A stretch of DNA of 64,000 nt, from contig OZ245011.1 in assembly GCA_965223665.1 (NCBI GenBank), positions 2,144,001 to 2,208,000 of the forward strand, read 5' to 3'. The notes beneath the pieces are model-generated. The model made no database searches. It was not told where the DNA came from and was given only the letters and a program-made list of their open reading frames with translations. Of this stretch, positions 1-10,665 are shown in pieces; positions within the stretch are counted from its first letter, which is position 1, and every line of letters starts with the position of its first letter. The position numbers and the translations under genes were made by a program. The stretch comes from Nitrospinaceae bacterium. Its GTDB lineage: Bacteria > Nitrospinota > Nitrospinia > Nitrospinales > Nitrospinaceae.

Positions 1-869
1 TCCCCAATCTCATCCAGAAACAAAGAACCCTGCGCACTACAGCGTTCGAACAGTCCGGTATAATCCGCCACCGCACCGGTAAAGGCTCCTTTACAATGAC
101 CGAACAGTTCCGATTCAATCAAGGTTTCCGGAAATTGCGACAGGTTGATGGCCATAAAAGTATCATTAAAGTTATGAGTAAAAACTCCTTTTTTCGGATC
201 GTACGGAATGTAAGCGGAACGGCCAATGGCAGAGGCGGCGGCCCCTTTCCCTGTTCCGGTTTCCCCTAACAGCATGGTTGAAAAGTCATCCATTCGATTC
301 CACAGATGGTTTTCATAAATGCGCACGTCATGGGTGAATACATTATTCCATAAAGACCATCGGAGCTTTTTCATGGAGGGACTGTTTCCCGTCAGCGTCC
401 TAGAAATAAAATGAAATGCCCGGCGAAATTGGTAGAAAATGCCGATGTATCGAATCGCCGTCTCCTCCTCAAAGCCCCGCTCTATTAATTCCCGCAGCAT
501 GGATTTGGCAAACCGGGTATATTGCCGGAAAGTGGAAGGATTGGATACGGACTGAATCAGCTTTTCAATGTCCGGTACGTACCGCCTATAAATATGGAAC
601 AGAAACGCATACTCCAACAGTTGGCGGTCTTCTTCGGAATAACTTGCCAGAACCACCTTCCCCTGTTTTTCCAAACGCGTTAACCGGTCATTCAAAGGTT
701 CAAAAAACGCCTCCATGAAATGCATGGGTTGTCGTTTTTTGGGAGGCTTCTCGTTAAAAAAATTATTCTTCAGAACATTCCATTCATCACTGAAGGGATT
801 GGTGAATATGATTTCCGCCGCAAGGGTAAAGAATTTTTTATCTTCCGCTTTAAGCTGATTTCTTTTCAT
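1..869 (-). CDS. Sigma-54-dependent transcriptional activator (bacterial enhancer-binding protein), runs off window start
   Basis: Not in ORF track. Manual translation from ATG at 869 (MKRNQLKAEDKKF...) gives Walker A GETGTGKG, ESELFGHCKGAFTGA and LFLDEIG motifs. Confidence 0.92.
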   Translation of the reverse strand, partial: MKRNQLKAEDKKFFTLAAEIIFTNPFSDEWNVLKNNFFNEKPPKKRQPMHFMEAFFEPLNDRLTRLEKQGKVVLASYSEEDRQLLEYAFLFHIYRRYVPDIEKLIQSVSNPSTFRQYTRFAKSMLRELIERGFEEETAIRYIGIFYQFRRAFHFISRTLTGNSPSMKKLRWSLWNNVFTHDVRIYENHLWNRMDDFSTMLLGETGTGKGAAASAIGRSAYIPYDPKKGVFTHNFNDTFMAINLSQFPETLIESELFGHCKGAFTGAVADYTGLFERCSAQGSLFLDEIG

Positions 870-910
870 TATTTCTTCCTATTGAGATCTTTGCGTCAGT
901 TAGAAAAAAT

Positions 911-1065
911 AAAACCCCTGAAGGTGAATCCCCCCAGCCGCGGCCCCCGGCCGCTGGGAAATTAATTTTCTTAAGGTAACTTTTAGTGCTTATGGTCTTT
1001 CAATTTTTGAAAATCTTTATTGCTTCCAATCGCTAGATTGGAAAAGAGGGAGCACATCGGTCTCC
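911..1065 (+). repeat. Long form of REP-like palindromic repeat
   Basis: AAAACCCCTGnnGGTGAATC... start, CCAATCGCTAGATTGG hairpin, ...AAAAGAGGGAGCACATCGG end. Homologous copies at ~29003-29150, ~44064-44210 and ~51528-51690. Confidence 0.8.
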
Positions 1066-1246
1066 GTCTTTATCTCTATTGTATTTGGTTAAATAATCTA
1101 ACTTAGGCAAAGATTTCCTTCCTGCACAACACTATACAAATAATGCATATATTATATACAATTTTTGCATATATTGCCATTCAACCTCTTCTGCTCCCAG
1201 TGTGCCAACTCCTTAGTTTTATGGAGCTTTTAAGGTTTACGCGTCT

Positions 1247-1261
1247 TGGCACAGTCTTTGC
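1247..1261 (+). promoter_or_regulatory. Sigma-54 (-24/-12) promoter of the lipid operon
   Basis: TGGCAC-AGTCT-TTGC matches the RpoN consensus, ~40 nt upstream of the first gene and divergent from a GAFTGA activator. TGCATATATT direct repeats at 1144 and 1165 are candidate UAS. Confidence 0.85.
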
Positions 1262-1302
1262 CTAGTGTTCTATGAGTATCGTTATTATTTTTTTCATGGA
1301 CT

Positions 1303-2271
1303 ATGATGGCAAGGAACTTACATCCCAGTAAACAGGCAACTCCTTACAGTACGCAGAAGTCTGCTTTTGGTTGGGGTTTTTATTTGTTACTGACTTGCCT
1401 GATCTCTACAGCAGTGGGATTGAGTTTATCCGTTTCTGAAAACTTACTGCTCTGGTTTCCGGGGCAATTGATTTTAGCGGTGGCTTTGCTGCAGTGGTTC
1501 ATTCTTTTGCACGAGTCCGGTCATTACACTTTGTTCCCTGAAAAAATCTGGAACCACGTGACCGGTCATCTCGCTTCCCTGTTTTCTGCAATCCCTTTTT
1601 ATTCCTGGAGTCAGGTTCATCATCTTCATCATGTATGGACCGGTTGGCAGGACCTCGATCCCACGACTGAAACGTTGGTTCCAAAAAACCTTTCAGCGTG
1701 GAAGCGAAGTTTCATCAATGTCTGCTGGAAATTTCACATCCCTGTATTCGCAATTATTTATCGATTTCAAAACTTCTGGAATTTGCGTCGCCTTGAAAAA
1801 TTCATGGGTTCTTCCAAACGCTTAAAGAAAATGCGATGGAATTCTTTAGCGCTGCTTTTGATTTACGGATTGCTGGGCTATCAATTGGAGCCGGAAAAAA
1901 TTTTGCAGCTTGTCGGACTGGCCCTGCCGCTCACTTTATTACTGCAGGAAACCATTTTACTCAGTCAGCACACGCACATTCCTATGCAACTGAGCCATGG
2001 AAAAGAGGTCGCACCGTTTTCTCATAGCCAGCAAGTGCAGTTTACTCGATCGCTGTTGTTTCCCAAATGGGTATCCCAATGGATTCTGTTTTCATTTGAT
2101 CAACATGAATTGCATCACAAGTATGTTCACGTTCCGGGCTACCGATTACAACAAGTGGCAGACAGACAGACTCAATCCATGAAATGGTATCCGTGGGTAA
2201 AAGAGGTTCGGAAAATTCCCGGTGAAATTTTCCTTTTTAAAAATCGTCAACAATCACAAATAAACTTATGA
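1303..2271 (+). CDS. Membrane fatty acid desaturase family protein
   Basis: His boxes HESGH, HHLHH and HELHH; hydrophobic segments. Confidence 0.9.
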   Translation: MMARNLHPSKQATPYSTQKSAFGWGFYLLLTCLISTAVGLSLSVSENLLLWFPGQLILAVALLQWFILLHESGHYTLFPEKIWNHVTGHLASLFSAIPFYSWSQVHHLHHVWTGWQDLDPTTETLVPKNLSAWKRSFINVCWKFHIPVFAIIYRFQNFWNLRRLEKFMGSSKRLKKMRWNSLALLLIYGLLGYQLEPEKILQLVGLALPLTLLLQETILLSQHTHIPMQLSHGKEVAPFSHSQQVQFTRSLLFPKWVSQWILFSFDQHELHHKYVHVPGYRLQQVADRQTQSMKWYPWVKEVRKIPGEIFLFKNRQQSQINL

Positions 2272-2882
2272 GTTCACTATTTAATTCCAGCACATTAGCA
2301 AATCCCGATCCTAACGTGGTGACACTGTTTCTGCTGATCACGTTCATCGCTTCGGGAGTTTTATATTCTGCATGGATGCTGAGCCCACTTTCCAAACCAT
2401 TTAACACTCCTGTGGATGGAGGAAGAACCTTCCGCGGTAAAAGAATTTTCGGAGACAATAAAACCTATCGCGGTTTTACAGGAATGGCTTTGGCAGTGGG
2501 GTTGATGTTTTTACTTTTCGGTTGGTTTCAAGAAAGAATTCCCGGATTAGCCTCCCTCGGCATGTGGCCTTTAAGTCCATTCGCTTATGCTGCGCTCGGC
2601 ATTTGGGTCGGGCTTGGTTTCATGGCCGGAGAGTTGCCCAACTCCTTCTGCAAACGGCAACTCAACATTCCTCCGGGATATGCCGCCGCATCCCCGGGAT
2701 GGCGCGTTCTCTTCCTCTTTACAGATCGTGTGGATTCCATCCTGGGAATGATGGTGGCATTAAGCATGATGGTTCCGGTTCCCGTGCAAACCTGGTGGAC
2801 CGTTCTTATTGTAGGACCGGCAATTCACCTGGGTTTCAGTGCGCTGCTGTTTCTCTTAAAAGTCAAAAGGCGGTTCGCATGA
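2268..2882 (+). CDS. CDP-archaeol synthase (CarS/DUF46)-like cytidylyltransferase
   Basis: PVDGG..RGKRIFGDNKTYRGF, GELPNSFCKRQLNI.PG and DRVDS motifs; multi-pass membrane protein. Confidence 0.8.
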   Translation: MSSLFNSSTLANPDPNVVTLFLLITFIASGVLYSAWMLSPLSKPFNTPVDGGRTFRGKRIFGDNKTYRGFTGMALAVGLMFLLFGWFQERIPGLASLGMWPLSPFAYAALGIWVGLGFMAGELPNSFCKRQLNIPPGYAAASPGWRVLFLFTDRVDSILGMMVALSMMVPVPVQTWWTVLIVGPAIHLGFSALLFLLKVKRRFA

Positions 2883-5595
2883 ATTTAGCAATTTTTAAAT
2901 CTCCGACTATAGACAAAGCGCTTTCATCTTTCATTGATTTGTCACAAGCGGATCAATTGAAAAATGCAGGAGGAAAAGCTGAAGGATTGTATCAAGCCAT
3001 GCAACTGGGTCTCACTGTACCCAAAGGGTTTGTTATTCCCAACGAAGTGTTTCTGGATTTTTTAGAAACTCACCGATTGAACGACTTTATTCAGAATACG
3101 CTGAAACATTTGGATTGGCAGAATCTTCAGGAAGTCAAACAGGCCAGCGAAAGAATACGGAATCACATTCTGCAAACTGGATTGGATGCCGAACTTGAAG
3201 CACAGTTGAATCACTGGCAGGAAACCCGTTTACCTCAGTTTCCTCTGGTAGTGCGCAGTTCTGCAGTTGGTGAAGATTCCGGGCAAAACTCGTTCGCCGG
3301 TCAACTCGATTCTTTTTTAAATATTCACTGTCAAACGGATCTGCATCAGGGATTGCTCAAATGCTGGGCGTCTTACTGGTCGGAGCGGGCTTTGTTGTAT
3401 CAACATCATAAGCAAGTCTCGTTAAAGGGAATGGCCGTAGTGGTTCAGGAACAGGTCGACTCTCAAATTTCAGGTGTTCTTTTCACTAAAGATCCGGAGC
3501 AAGCGGAAGCACATGATGCGCCCATGCGACTGGAGTACTGCTTCGGGTTAGCAGATCAATTGGTTTCCGGAGATATTCATCCGGGACATATCTCGATTGC
3601 TTCTTCGAAACCGAAGTGGGAAGAACTGGAATCACCGGAGCAGAGTCAAGAGAACGGCAATTCCCAAAAACTATCTGCAAAAACTATTCTGAAGTTACGC
3701 CAGATTGGAAAAACACTGGAGCAGGAAAAACAATGCCCGCAGGACATCGAGTGGACTCTTGGTAAGGATGGGCAAATTTATGTCCTGCAGTCGCGGCCGA
3801 TAACGCACTTCCCCGGTCAAACCAAAACTGCTGAGCAAGTTCATTGGTCGAATGCCAATATTAACGAAAACTTTCCGGAGCCGGTCACTCCCTTTGTGTA
3901 CTCGTTTGTCACGGAAGGATACTACCACTACTTTAAAAATTTAGCGCTGTGCCTGGGAGTGACTCCGCAAAAAGTAGAAGCCATGGAGTTTCCCTTGCAG
4001 AACTTAATCGGAGCGCATGGCGGCCGGTTGTATTACAACCTGACTCATATTCATCAGGTTTTAAAGCTGGCTCCTTTTGGAAACAGAATGGTGGAAGCGT
4101 TTGACCAGTTTGTGGGAGCCGAGTCTCTGAATAAAAATAAAACTTCGCAATCTATCTTATCCAGTTTCAAGAAAAGAACGGCCGATTACCTGGAAGTGGT
4201 TCGCATTGTTTCTAAAGTCATTCGACAATACGCATTCATTTCCCGCCGTGTGAATACTTTTGAAACCAGAGTGGATGTTTTTTCCAGCAACACCACTCCG
4301 GAATCTTTAAAAGAAAAAACACTTGATCAGTTGAAGGATGACTTAGCGGCGTTTCTAAATATCCGCTTCCATGAATGGAAAAACGCTTCTCTGGCCGATA
4401 CGGCGGCGATGGTCTGTTACTGGACCTTGCAGAAAATTCTTTCAAAAGAATTTCCAGGAGATCATCAGGCGAGTCTTCACAATTCGCTGCTAAAAGGTCT
4501 TCCCGATTTGGTCAGCAATCAACCGATCATTGAATTATGGAAACTATCAAAAGTGATCACTGACGATTCCAGGCTTTTAAATTTATTTCAGAAAAAAAAC
4601 TCAGAGGATCTGCTGATAGCAATCGAAACTGATCCGGAGCTTTCTAACTTCAAATACCGGTTTCACAAGTTTCTCAATGATTGGGATTTCGTAAATCCGG
4701 TGAACTGATGCTCACCATCCCCAGCTTTCAGGAACAACCGATAGAGGTTATCGACCTGTTGAAAGTTTATCTCGATGTAAAAGGAGACTCTCCCCTGGAA
4801 AAGCTGCATCAACTGGAAAAAGATCGCATTCAAAAAACTGAAGAAGTGTTAGCCGCGATCGCCGGGAAAAAAGGTTTGGGAAAGGTTTTTGGAAAATTGA
4901 AAGCACGAGCGGTTCGGTTGTTAGTGAAAGCCACTCATGGATCGATTGCCTTTCGGGAACGGGTTCGATTAAAACAAGCGCTGCTATATAACCGACTTCG
5001 CGGTGTTCTCCTCGCCATGGGTCAACAACTGGTTGCTGAAGGCTGCTTCAAACATCAAACGGATATTTTTTTCCTGACTTACAGAGAGATCCTAGACTTT
5101 ATTTCAGGAAAAACTTTTTTACCGAACGGGATTCAATCACTGGTCGACCTGAGAAAAAAAGACCACGCAACGCAATCGCAATTCAATCCGCCAGACGATT
5201 TTACACTTCCCCGCGGTCACTATTATTCCAACAATTCTATTTGCGAACAACCCTGCGACTCGACCCATTCACAGAATTCTTTAAAAGGTACCGGTGCTTG
5301 CGGTGGAACCATTATTTCCAGGGCCACCCTTCTCGACAACTCCGGACAGGCGCATCTTATTTCTTCCGGAGACATTTTAGTCACTCAACAAACGGATCCG
5401 GGTTGGGGACCTATTTTTTATTTGATTAAAGGTTTGGTGATTCAACGAGGCGGGATGCTTTCTCACGGCGCTATTTTGGCGAGAGAATTTGGCATTCCCA
5501 CGGTGGTAGGCATTCAGGATGCCATGCAGCGCATTCCAAACCATTGCCAACTTTCAGTAGATGGAGATCAGGGCATTGTTAAGATCATCGATTGA
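2879..5595 (+). pseudogene. PEP/pyruvate-binding + PEP-utilizing mobile domain enzyme (rifampicin phosphotransferase/PEP synthase-like), split by a frameshift near 4685
   Basis: N-part has GGKA, VRSSA.GED....SFAGQ and PQDIEW. C-part has TDPGW and GGMLSHGAILAREFGIP. The junction GAT TGG GAT TTC is one G short of DWGFR. ATG at 2879 overlaps the upstream stop (ATGA). Confidence 0.8.
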
Positions 5596-6403
5596 AACCT
5601 TGCATCAGTACAGGAAAGAACGCCTGTCCCTTCTGCCTTGGGGGTGGGTGGTGTCATTCCTCGCCATGGCGGGCATTGGAATTCATCATCCCCCTCAAGC
5701 TCCTCAATTTTTACTTCAGGTGTTCACACTCATCGGTCTCATTTTTCAATTCCGATTGTGGGATGATTTGAGCGACTTGAGTCCGGACCGCCTGAACCAT
5801 CCTTACCGCGTCTTATGCCAGTCCTCTACACTCACTCCTTTTTATTTTGCGTGGGCCGTTTTGTTTGCCGCCAATTTAACGGCCATCGGGATTCTAACAA
5901 ACAGTCTCATTAACCTGTCTCTGTTTCTATTACTGAATATTTTCTTTTATGGATGGTATAGGATTCGCGGCCATTTTAATTTTTCTCCCTTGGTCCGCTC
6001 GCAAATCATTCTGCTGAAATACCCGGTATTTTTATTATTGATCACACCCCTTGCTTCGACCGCCTGGAGCCCCTCATTTATTCTATCGAGCCTGCTGGTT
6101 TTGATTTGCTTTTCTGTTTTTGAAATTCTGCACGACCCCAAGTTAACAGCGCAAAAAAACGCCGGAAACTTTTTGATAAGTGATTTGAGTTTATTTTGTT
6201 CGGTTCTTTTTTTTATGGGATTCCATTTCTTCAACGAAACCCCACTGGTGAGTTGGTCGATATGGAGTCTTGCAATTATCAGCGGTCTATTGTTTATCAA
6301 TCACGGCATTCGAAAATGGGATCAACCGTTAACCCTGGGATACGGAGTTTTTGTATTCGGTTTTTTAACTTTGTGTGCCTGTTATATAGGAAATTTATCA
6401 TGA
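5561..6403 (+). CDS. UbiA prenyltransferase-like membrane protein
   Basis: RLWDDLSDLSPDRLNHPYR Asp-rich motif; many TM helices. Confidence 0.7.
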   Translation: MEIRALLRSSIETLHQYRKERLSLLPWGWVVSFLAMAGIGIHHPPQAPQFLLQVFTLIGLIFQFRLWDDLSDLSPDRLNHPYRVLCQSSTLTPFYFAWAVLFAANLTAIGILTNSLINLSLFLLLNIFFYGWYRIRGHFNFSPLVRSQIILLKYPVFLLLITPLASTAWSPSFILSSLLVLICFSVFEILHDPKLTAQKNAGNFLISDLSLFCSVLFFMGFHFFNETPLVSWSIWSLAIISGLLFINHGIRKWDQPLTLGYGVFVFGFLTLCACYIGNLS

Positions 6404-7359
6404 GCCAATATGAAGCCTTACTGCCTTCCACTCAATTTGAAAATATAAATTGTTACCTTTGCGGGGAAGCCGCCTGCCGACACCTCACTTATGCAGAAGA
6501 CGATTTAACCGGAAAGGAAGGTCGCTTCCAGTTTGTGGTTTGTGATGGCTGCGGGCTGGCTTACCAAAAACCCCGCGTGAAGTTGGAACACATTGGAGAA
6601 TTTTATGATGACGAGTACATTGCGCATCAGAAACAAACAGACTGGGGAGTTTTAACACCCCTGTACAACTACGCGATGGGAAAACTTGACCGCGACAAAT
6701 TTAAAATTGTCGAATCCTATGTTTCCCTCAATCCATCGAGCGAGGTATTGGATGTCGGCTGCGGGGCAGCAACTTTTTTACAAAAACTAAAATCGCAGAC
6801 CGGCAGTTCCGTCACTGGGGTCGACTTCAAGGATCTGTCGCATCTGCCGGGAATGAAGGGGGTCGACTTTCGAAAGGGACTTTTCTATGAGCAGGAGTTT
6901 GCCGAGAACCAATTCGATCTCATTACCCTTTGGCATTTTTTAGAACACGATTATGATCCCCTTCGTTCCCTCCAGTTTGCCCGCAACATTTTAAAACCGT
7001 CCGGCAGCCTGGTCATTGAAGTTCCGCGGCTGGACAGCCTGTCTTTCCATTTGTTCAAAGAGCGTTGGCCGGGGTTGCAGGCGCCACAGCATACCGTGTT
7101 GTTTGACCGGGCGACTTTTATACAAACTGTGAAACAGGCGGGATGGGAGGTTCTGGACTATCTACCCTACGGCGCGTTTCCCGCCTATTTCTATTTGTTT
7201 TCCGGGTTGGCATTTAAATTTTTGAAAGGCAAAGGACTCAATCTTTCCAAAGCGATGTTGCCCTACTTTCTGGGACAGGTACTCCTCAGCCCCATTATGT
7301 TGTTTGAAAAACATTTAAACCTGTCTATGCAAACCCTGATCTGCAGGAAACCATCATGA
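6400..7359 (+). CDS. Class I SAM-dependent methyltransferase with N-terminal Cys (Zn) motif
   Basis: CYLCG...CDGCG, VLDVGCGAA, FDLITLWHFLEH. Start reassigned to ATG 6400 (ATGA overlap). Confidence 0.88.
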   Translation: MSQYEALLPSTQFENINCYLCGEAACRHLTYAEDDLTGKEGRFQFVVCDGCGLAYQKPRVKLEHIGEFYDDEYIAHQKQTDWGVLTPLYNYAMGKLDRDKFKIVESYVSLNPSSEVLDVGCGAATFLQKLKSQTGSSVTGVDFKDLSHLPGMKGVDFRKGLFYEQEFAENQFDLITLWHFLEHDYDPLRSLQFARNILKPSGSLVIEVPRLDSLSFHLFKERWPGLQAPQHTVLFDRATFIQTVKQAGWEVLDYLPYGAFPAYFYLFSGLAFKFLKGKGLNLSKAMLPYFLGQVLLSPIMLFEKHLNLSMQTLICRKPS

Positions 7360-8135
7360 CCGCAAAACAAACGACACTACAGAATTCCATATCAGCACCA
7401 AGCTTTGGGTACCAGTTGTACAACTGGTTCCGTATCGCTATAACATTTTTAATCATGACCATCGGGTGTCTGGCCATGCTGTTGGTGGCACTGGTCACAG
7501 GCTTTCAGGCAAGAAGATTTTATTCGGAGAAAATGGCTCGCCACCTGGGCCTGATGGTTCTATGGGTTTGGGGAGTTCGACTCCGTATTCACAAACCTTA
7601 TGAAGGTCCCGCGGGACAGGTCGTTTATATTTCAAATCATACCTCCTCACTTGATGTATTTGCCTTGATCTCGCTGGGGCTGCCCAATAGCCGATTTTTT
7701 CTCAGCGGCTTTCTTAGAAGATACATTCCCATGGGAATCATGGGCTATTTGATAGGCATCTTTTATACCTGCCCGCAATCCCAACCTGAGAAAAGAAAAA
7801 AAATTTTTCAGCGCGCGCATCGCATTTTAAAGAAAACGAAAGAGTCGGTTTATCTGAGTCCGGAAGGCCGAGTGGTGACCAATGGAGAAATCGGCCACTT
7901 TAATAAAGGCAGTTTCCACCTGGCCACCAGTCTGCAAGCGCCTCTGGTTCCTTTTTTTATAAAGATACCTGAAGAAATGAATTTTGGAAGGGAATGGCGG
8001 ATTGGTTCGGGAACGGCGGACATATATTTTGAACCGCCTATTCCCACCCGCGATTGGAAACTGGAAGACCTGGAACAAAACCGAGACACGGTAAGAAATT
8101 TATTTATTGAATTGAACCAGAAATATAGAGGGTGA
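7356..8135 (+). CDS. Lysophospholipid (PlsC-type) acyltransferase
   Basis: NHTSSLD and SPEGR motifs, FNKGSF. Confidence 0.9.
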   Translation: MTAKQTTLQNSISAPSFGYQLYNWFRIAITFLIMTIGCLAMLLVALVTGFQARRFYSEKMARHLGLMVLWVWGVRLRIHKPYEGPAGQVVYISNHTSSLDVFALISLGLPNSRFFLSGFLRRYIPMGIMGYLIGIFYTCPQSQPEKRKKIFQRAHRILKKTKESVYLSPEGRVVTNGEIGHFNKGSFHLATSLQAPLVPFFIKIPEEMNFGREWRIGSGTADIYFEPPIPTRDWKLEDLEQNRDTVRNLFIELNQKYRG

Positions 8136-10615
8136 ACATCATGCAGCAAAATACTTTACGGAAGGAAAACCCAGTTTTGCAAACACCGGTAACCGTGGAA
8201 AATTCTCTCACCATAGGGAACGCACTCATGTGGAAAGATTTAATGTTACCCGATGATATCCAACCGCATCCCGGAAAACCACACGCCACCATAAAATCAA
8301 TTCTTCTGACCGGTGCTACAGGTTTTTTGGGTTCGCATTTGCTGCATACGTTAGCAAAGGCCACCACCGCCAAAATCTATTGCCTGGTGCGTCCGCGAAA
8401 AAATCAATCTCCTTTAGAGCGCATCGAAGCTTCCTTAAAAGATTATGGGCTATACGTTGAACAACTTATGAAGCGGGTGATTCCCGTCGCAGGGGATATA
8501 CGCCGTGAAAACCTGGGGCTTTCTCCGTTTTTATATGAAAGATTGTCTACAGAAGTGGATCGAATTTACCATACTGCCGCCACGGTGAACTGGGTGTTTC
8601 CTTACCGCGGTTTAAGGGAGAGCAATGTGCAGGCAACGAAGCGGCTTCTTCATCTGGCGTGCAGAAACAAAACCAAGAATTTTTATTTCATTTCCTCCAT
8701 CGGCGTTTGTTATACGGCGAGCGGCCCAAACCATATAACGGAAAATGAAAATATGATTCCGTACTTGAATGAAATTCCTTTGGCCTATGCACAAACCAAA
8801 TGTGTCTCGGAAGCTTTAGTTCGTCAGGCCGGCGAACGCGGACTGCCTGTTTCCATTTTTCGTCCGGGGCTCATTTCCGGAAACACTCAATCCGGGAAGT
8901 CCAACACCGATGATATTTTTTCCAGAATATTAAAAGCCTGCATCGAAATGGGGTCCGCTCCGGATTTGGACTGGACGCTGGATTATTGTCCGGTGGATTT
9001 TGTTGCGGATACCGTAGTGCAATGCTCTTTAGATAAAAACTCCCAAAACAAAACGTTTCACTTAATCAACCGAGAGTGCAGCCATTGGGGGGAACTCATC
9101 CTCTGGTTGAATTGTAATGGCTACCCGGTGCGGCTGGTTTCTTATTCAGAGTGGGAAGCGCAATTAAAGAAAAGCATGAAATCCTCAGAACATATTTTGT
9201 ATCCGCTGCGGAGCTTTTTCTTCGAAAAACCGGAGCTGCTTAAGGGGATGACTCTGCCTGAGTTTTATCAGAAAAAAAATTTGGAGAAAGTGAGTAGTAA
9301 CAACACCGAGCAAACCTTGAATACTCTGGGTCTCACCTGCCCTCCCCTGAATACAGTTTTAATGAATTCTTACCTGGCAACCTTTGTCGAAAACGACTTC
9401 ATACAAAAACAAGGACAACATGAAATGGAATCACAAATAAATATTTCAGAAACTTCCAATAACGAAATTTTTCAAAAGTACCTGAGGCATCATTTTCGAG
9501 ACGGCTCTTTAAGAATTCAAAGCATCGATTCCCCCAAGGAGGAACCCAGGTACAGCATCCTCTCCGAGTTGGTTTCAATGAAAACGGGGAAGTCGGTGGG
9601 ATTGCAAAAATACCATTTAAAATTGAAAAGTATTTTCAAGCAAACTCCAGGCCAACTGAATCTCTTCGTTAAGAGTAAGGCAGAAGATAAAGTCGTGCTT
9701 GCCACCGCTCAGAAAATTGCTTCGGTCTGCGGCGAACCCATGGGCGATCTATTCGCAAAATATCATGACCGGCTGGGGTTCACGCAAACGCATCAACGGG
9801 AGTTACACATTTACCAGCAGGACGATCCGAGATTCCGCAAACACACTCCCACCATTTACGGAATTTTGAACGATGACAAAACGAAAAGTTGGAAACTGCT
9901 CATGGAAGACCTGCAGGGTCTTGCCATGATGAATTCCGTAGAGAACAATACCGTCTGGCTGCCCCTCCATTTACAAGCCGTGGTTCAAGGGTTAGCGCAA
10001 CTGCATTCTATTTGGTGGAGACGAGAAGAGGAACTGAAGCGGCAACCCTGGCTGGAAGCTCCTCTCACCTCCATGGAAAGAATTCAAATGAATGACCTTT
10101 GGAAAGGTTTAGCGCATCACGCCCATCCGTTTTTTAAAACGTGGGGTGGAGAAAGTTTAACCGCCACCCACAAACATTTAATCAAAACCTTACCTCAGTG
10201 GTCCGGATTTCTGAACCAGTCGCCACAAACTTTAATTCATAACGATTTTAATCCGCGCAATCTGGCACTTCGCATCACACCGGAAGGATTTAAATTATGT
10301 GCGTACGATTGGGAACTGGCTGGATTGGGAATTCCACAACATGATCTTGCCGAATTTCTGTGTTATGTGTTGCCACCGGATTGTCAAAAGAAGGAAGTTC
10401 TAAAATGGATCCACCTGCATCAGGAATGTTTAGAGACCCTCACCGGTGAGTCTATCAATTTTTCCACGTGGCTCAAGGGATTTCAGGTTTCTTTATTCGA
10501 TTTATTAATTCATCGCTTCTCGGTTTACACCCTGGTGCACCGGTTCCATCCCCAACCCTACTTACCTCGAATCTTAAATACCTGGCAAAGGCTCCATGAT
10601 TTATTACTTAATTAA
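8132..10615 (+). CDS. Thioester/fatty-acyl reductase (extended SDR) fused to an APH/choline-kinase-like domain
   Basis: LLTGATGFLG, YAQTK and RPGLISG in the N-half; HNDFNPRN and YDWE in the C-half. Confidence 0.85.
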   Translation: MNIMQQNTLRKENPVLQTPVTVENSLTIGNALMWKDLMLPDDIQPHPGKPHATIKSILLTGATGFLGSHLLHTLAKATTAKIYCLVRPRKNQSPLERIEASLKDYGLYVEQLMKRVIPVAGDIRRENLGLSPFLYERLSTEVDRIYHTAATVNWVFPYRGLRESNVQATKRLLHLACRNKTKNFYFISSIGVCYTASGPNHITENENMIPYLNEIPLAYAQTKCVSEALVRQAGERGLPVSIFRPGLISGNTQSGKSNTDDIFSRILKACIEMGSAPDLDWTLDYCPVDFVADTVVQCSLDKNSQNKTFHLINRECSHWGELILWLNCNGYPVRLVSYSEWEAQLKKSMKSSEHILYPLRSFFFEKPELLKGMTLPEFYQKKNLEKVSSNNTEQTLNTLGLTCPPLNTVLMNSYLATFVENDFIQKQGQHEMESQINISETSNNEIFQKYLRHHFRDGSLRIQSIDSPKEEPRYSILSELVSMKTGKSVGLQKYHLKLKSIFKQTPGQLNLFVKSKAEDKVVLATAQKIASVCGEPMGDLFAKYHDRLGFTQTHQRELHIYQQDDPRFRKHTPTIYGILNDDKTKSWKLLMEDLQGLAMMNSVENNTVWLPLHLQAVVQGLAQLHSIWWRREEELKRQPWLEAPLTSMERIQMNDLWKGLAHHAHPFFKTWGGESLTATHKHLIKTLPQWSGFLNQSPQTLIHNDFNPRNLALRITPEGFKLCAYDWELAGLGIPQHDLAEFLCYVLPPDCQKKEVLKWIHLHQECLETLTGESINFSTWLKGFQVSLFDLLIHRFSVYTLVHRFHPQPYLPRILNTWQRLHDLLLN

Positions 10616-10665
10616 GAAGCACAATTAATTTCAAATCTGATTTATTTTTGATAGAATGACTGGTT

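Noticed and set aside
416-965. Plus-strand ORFs 416..718 and 720..965
   Set aside because: They are shadows of the minus-strand sigma-54 activator and of a repeat element.
2522-2878. N-terminal extension of the 728-aa ORF
   Set aside because: It overlaps the CarS-like gene; the ATGA-coupled start at 2879 is more plausible.
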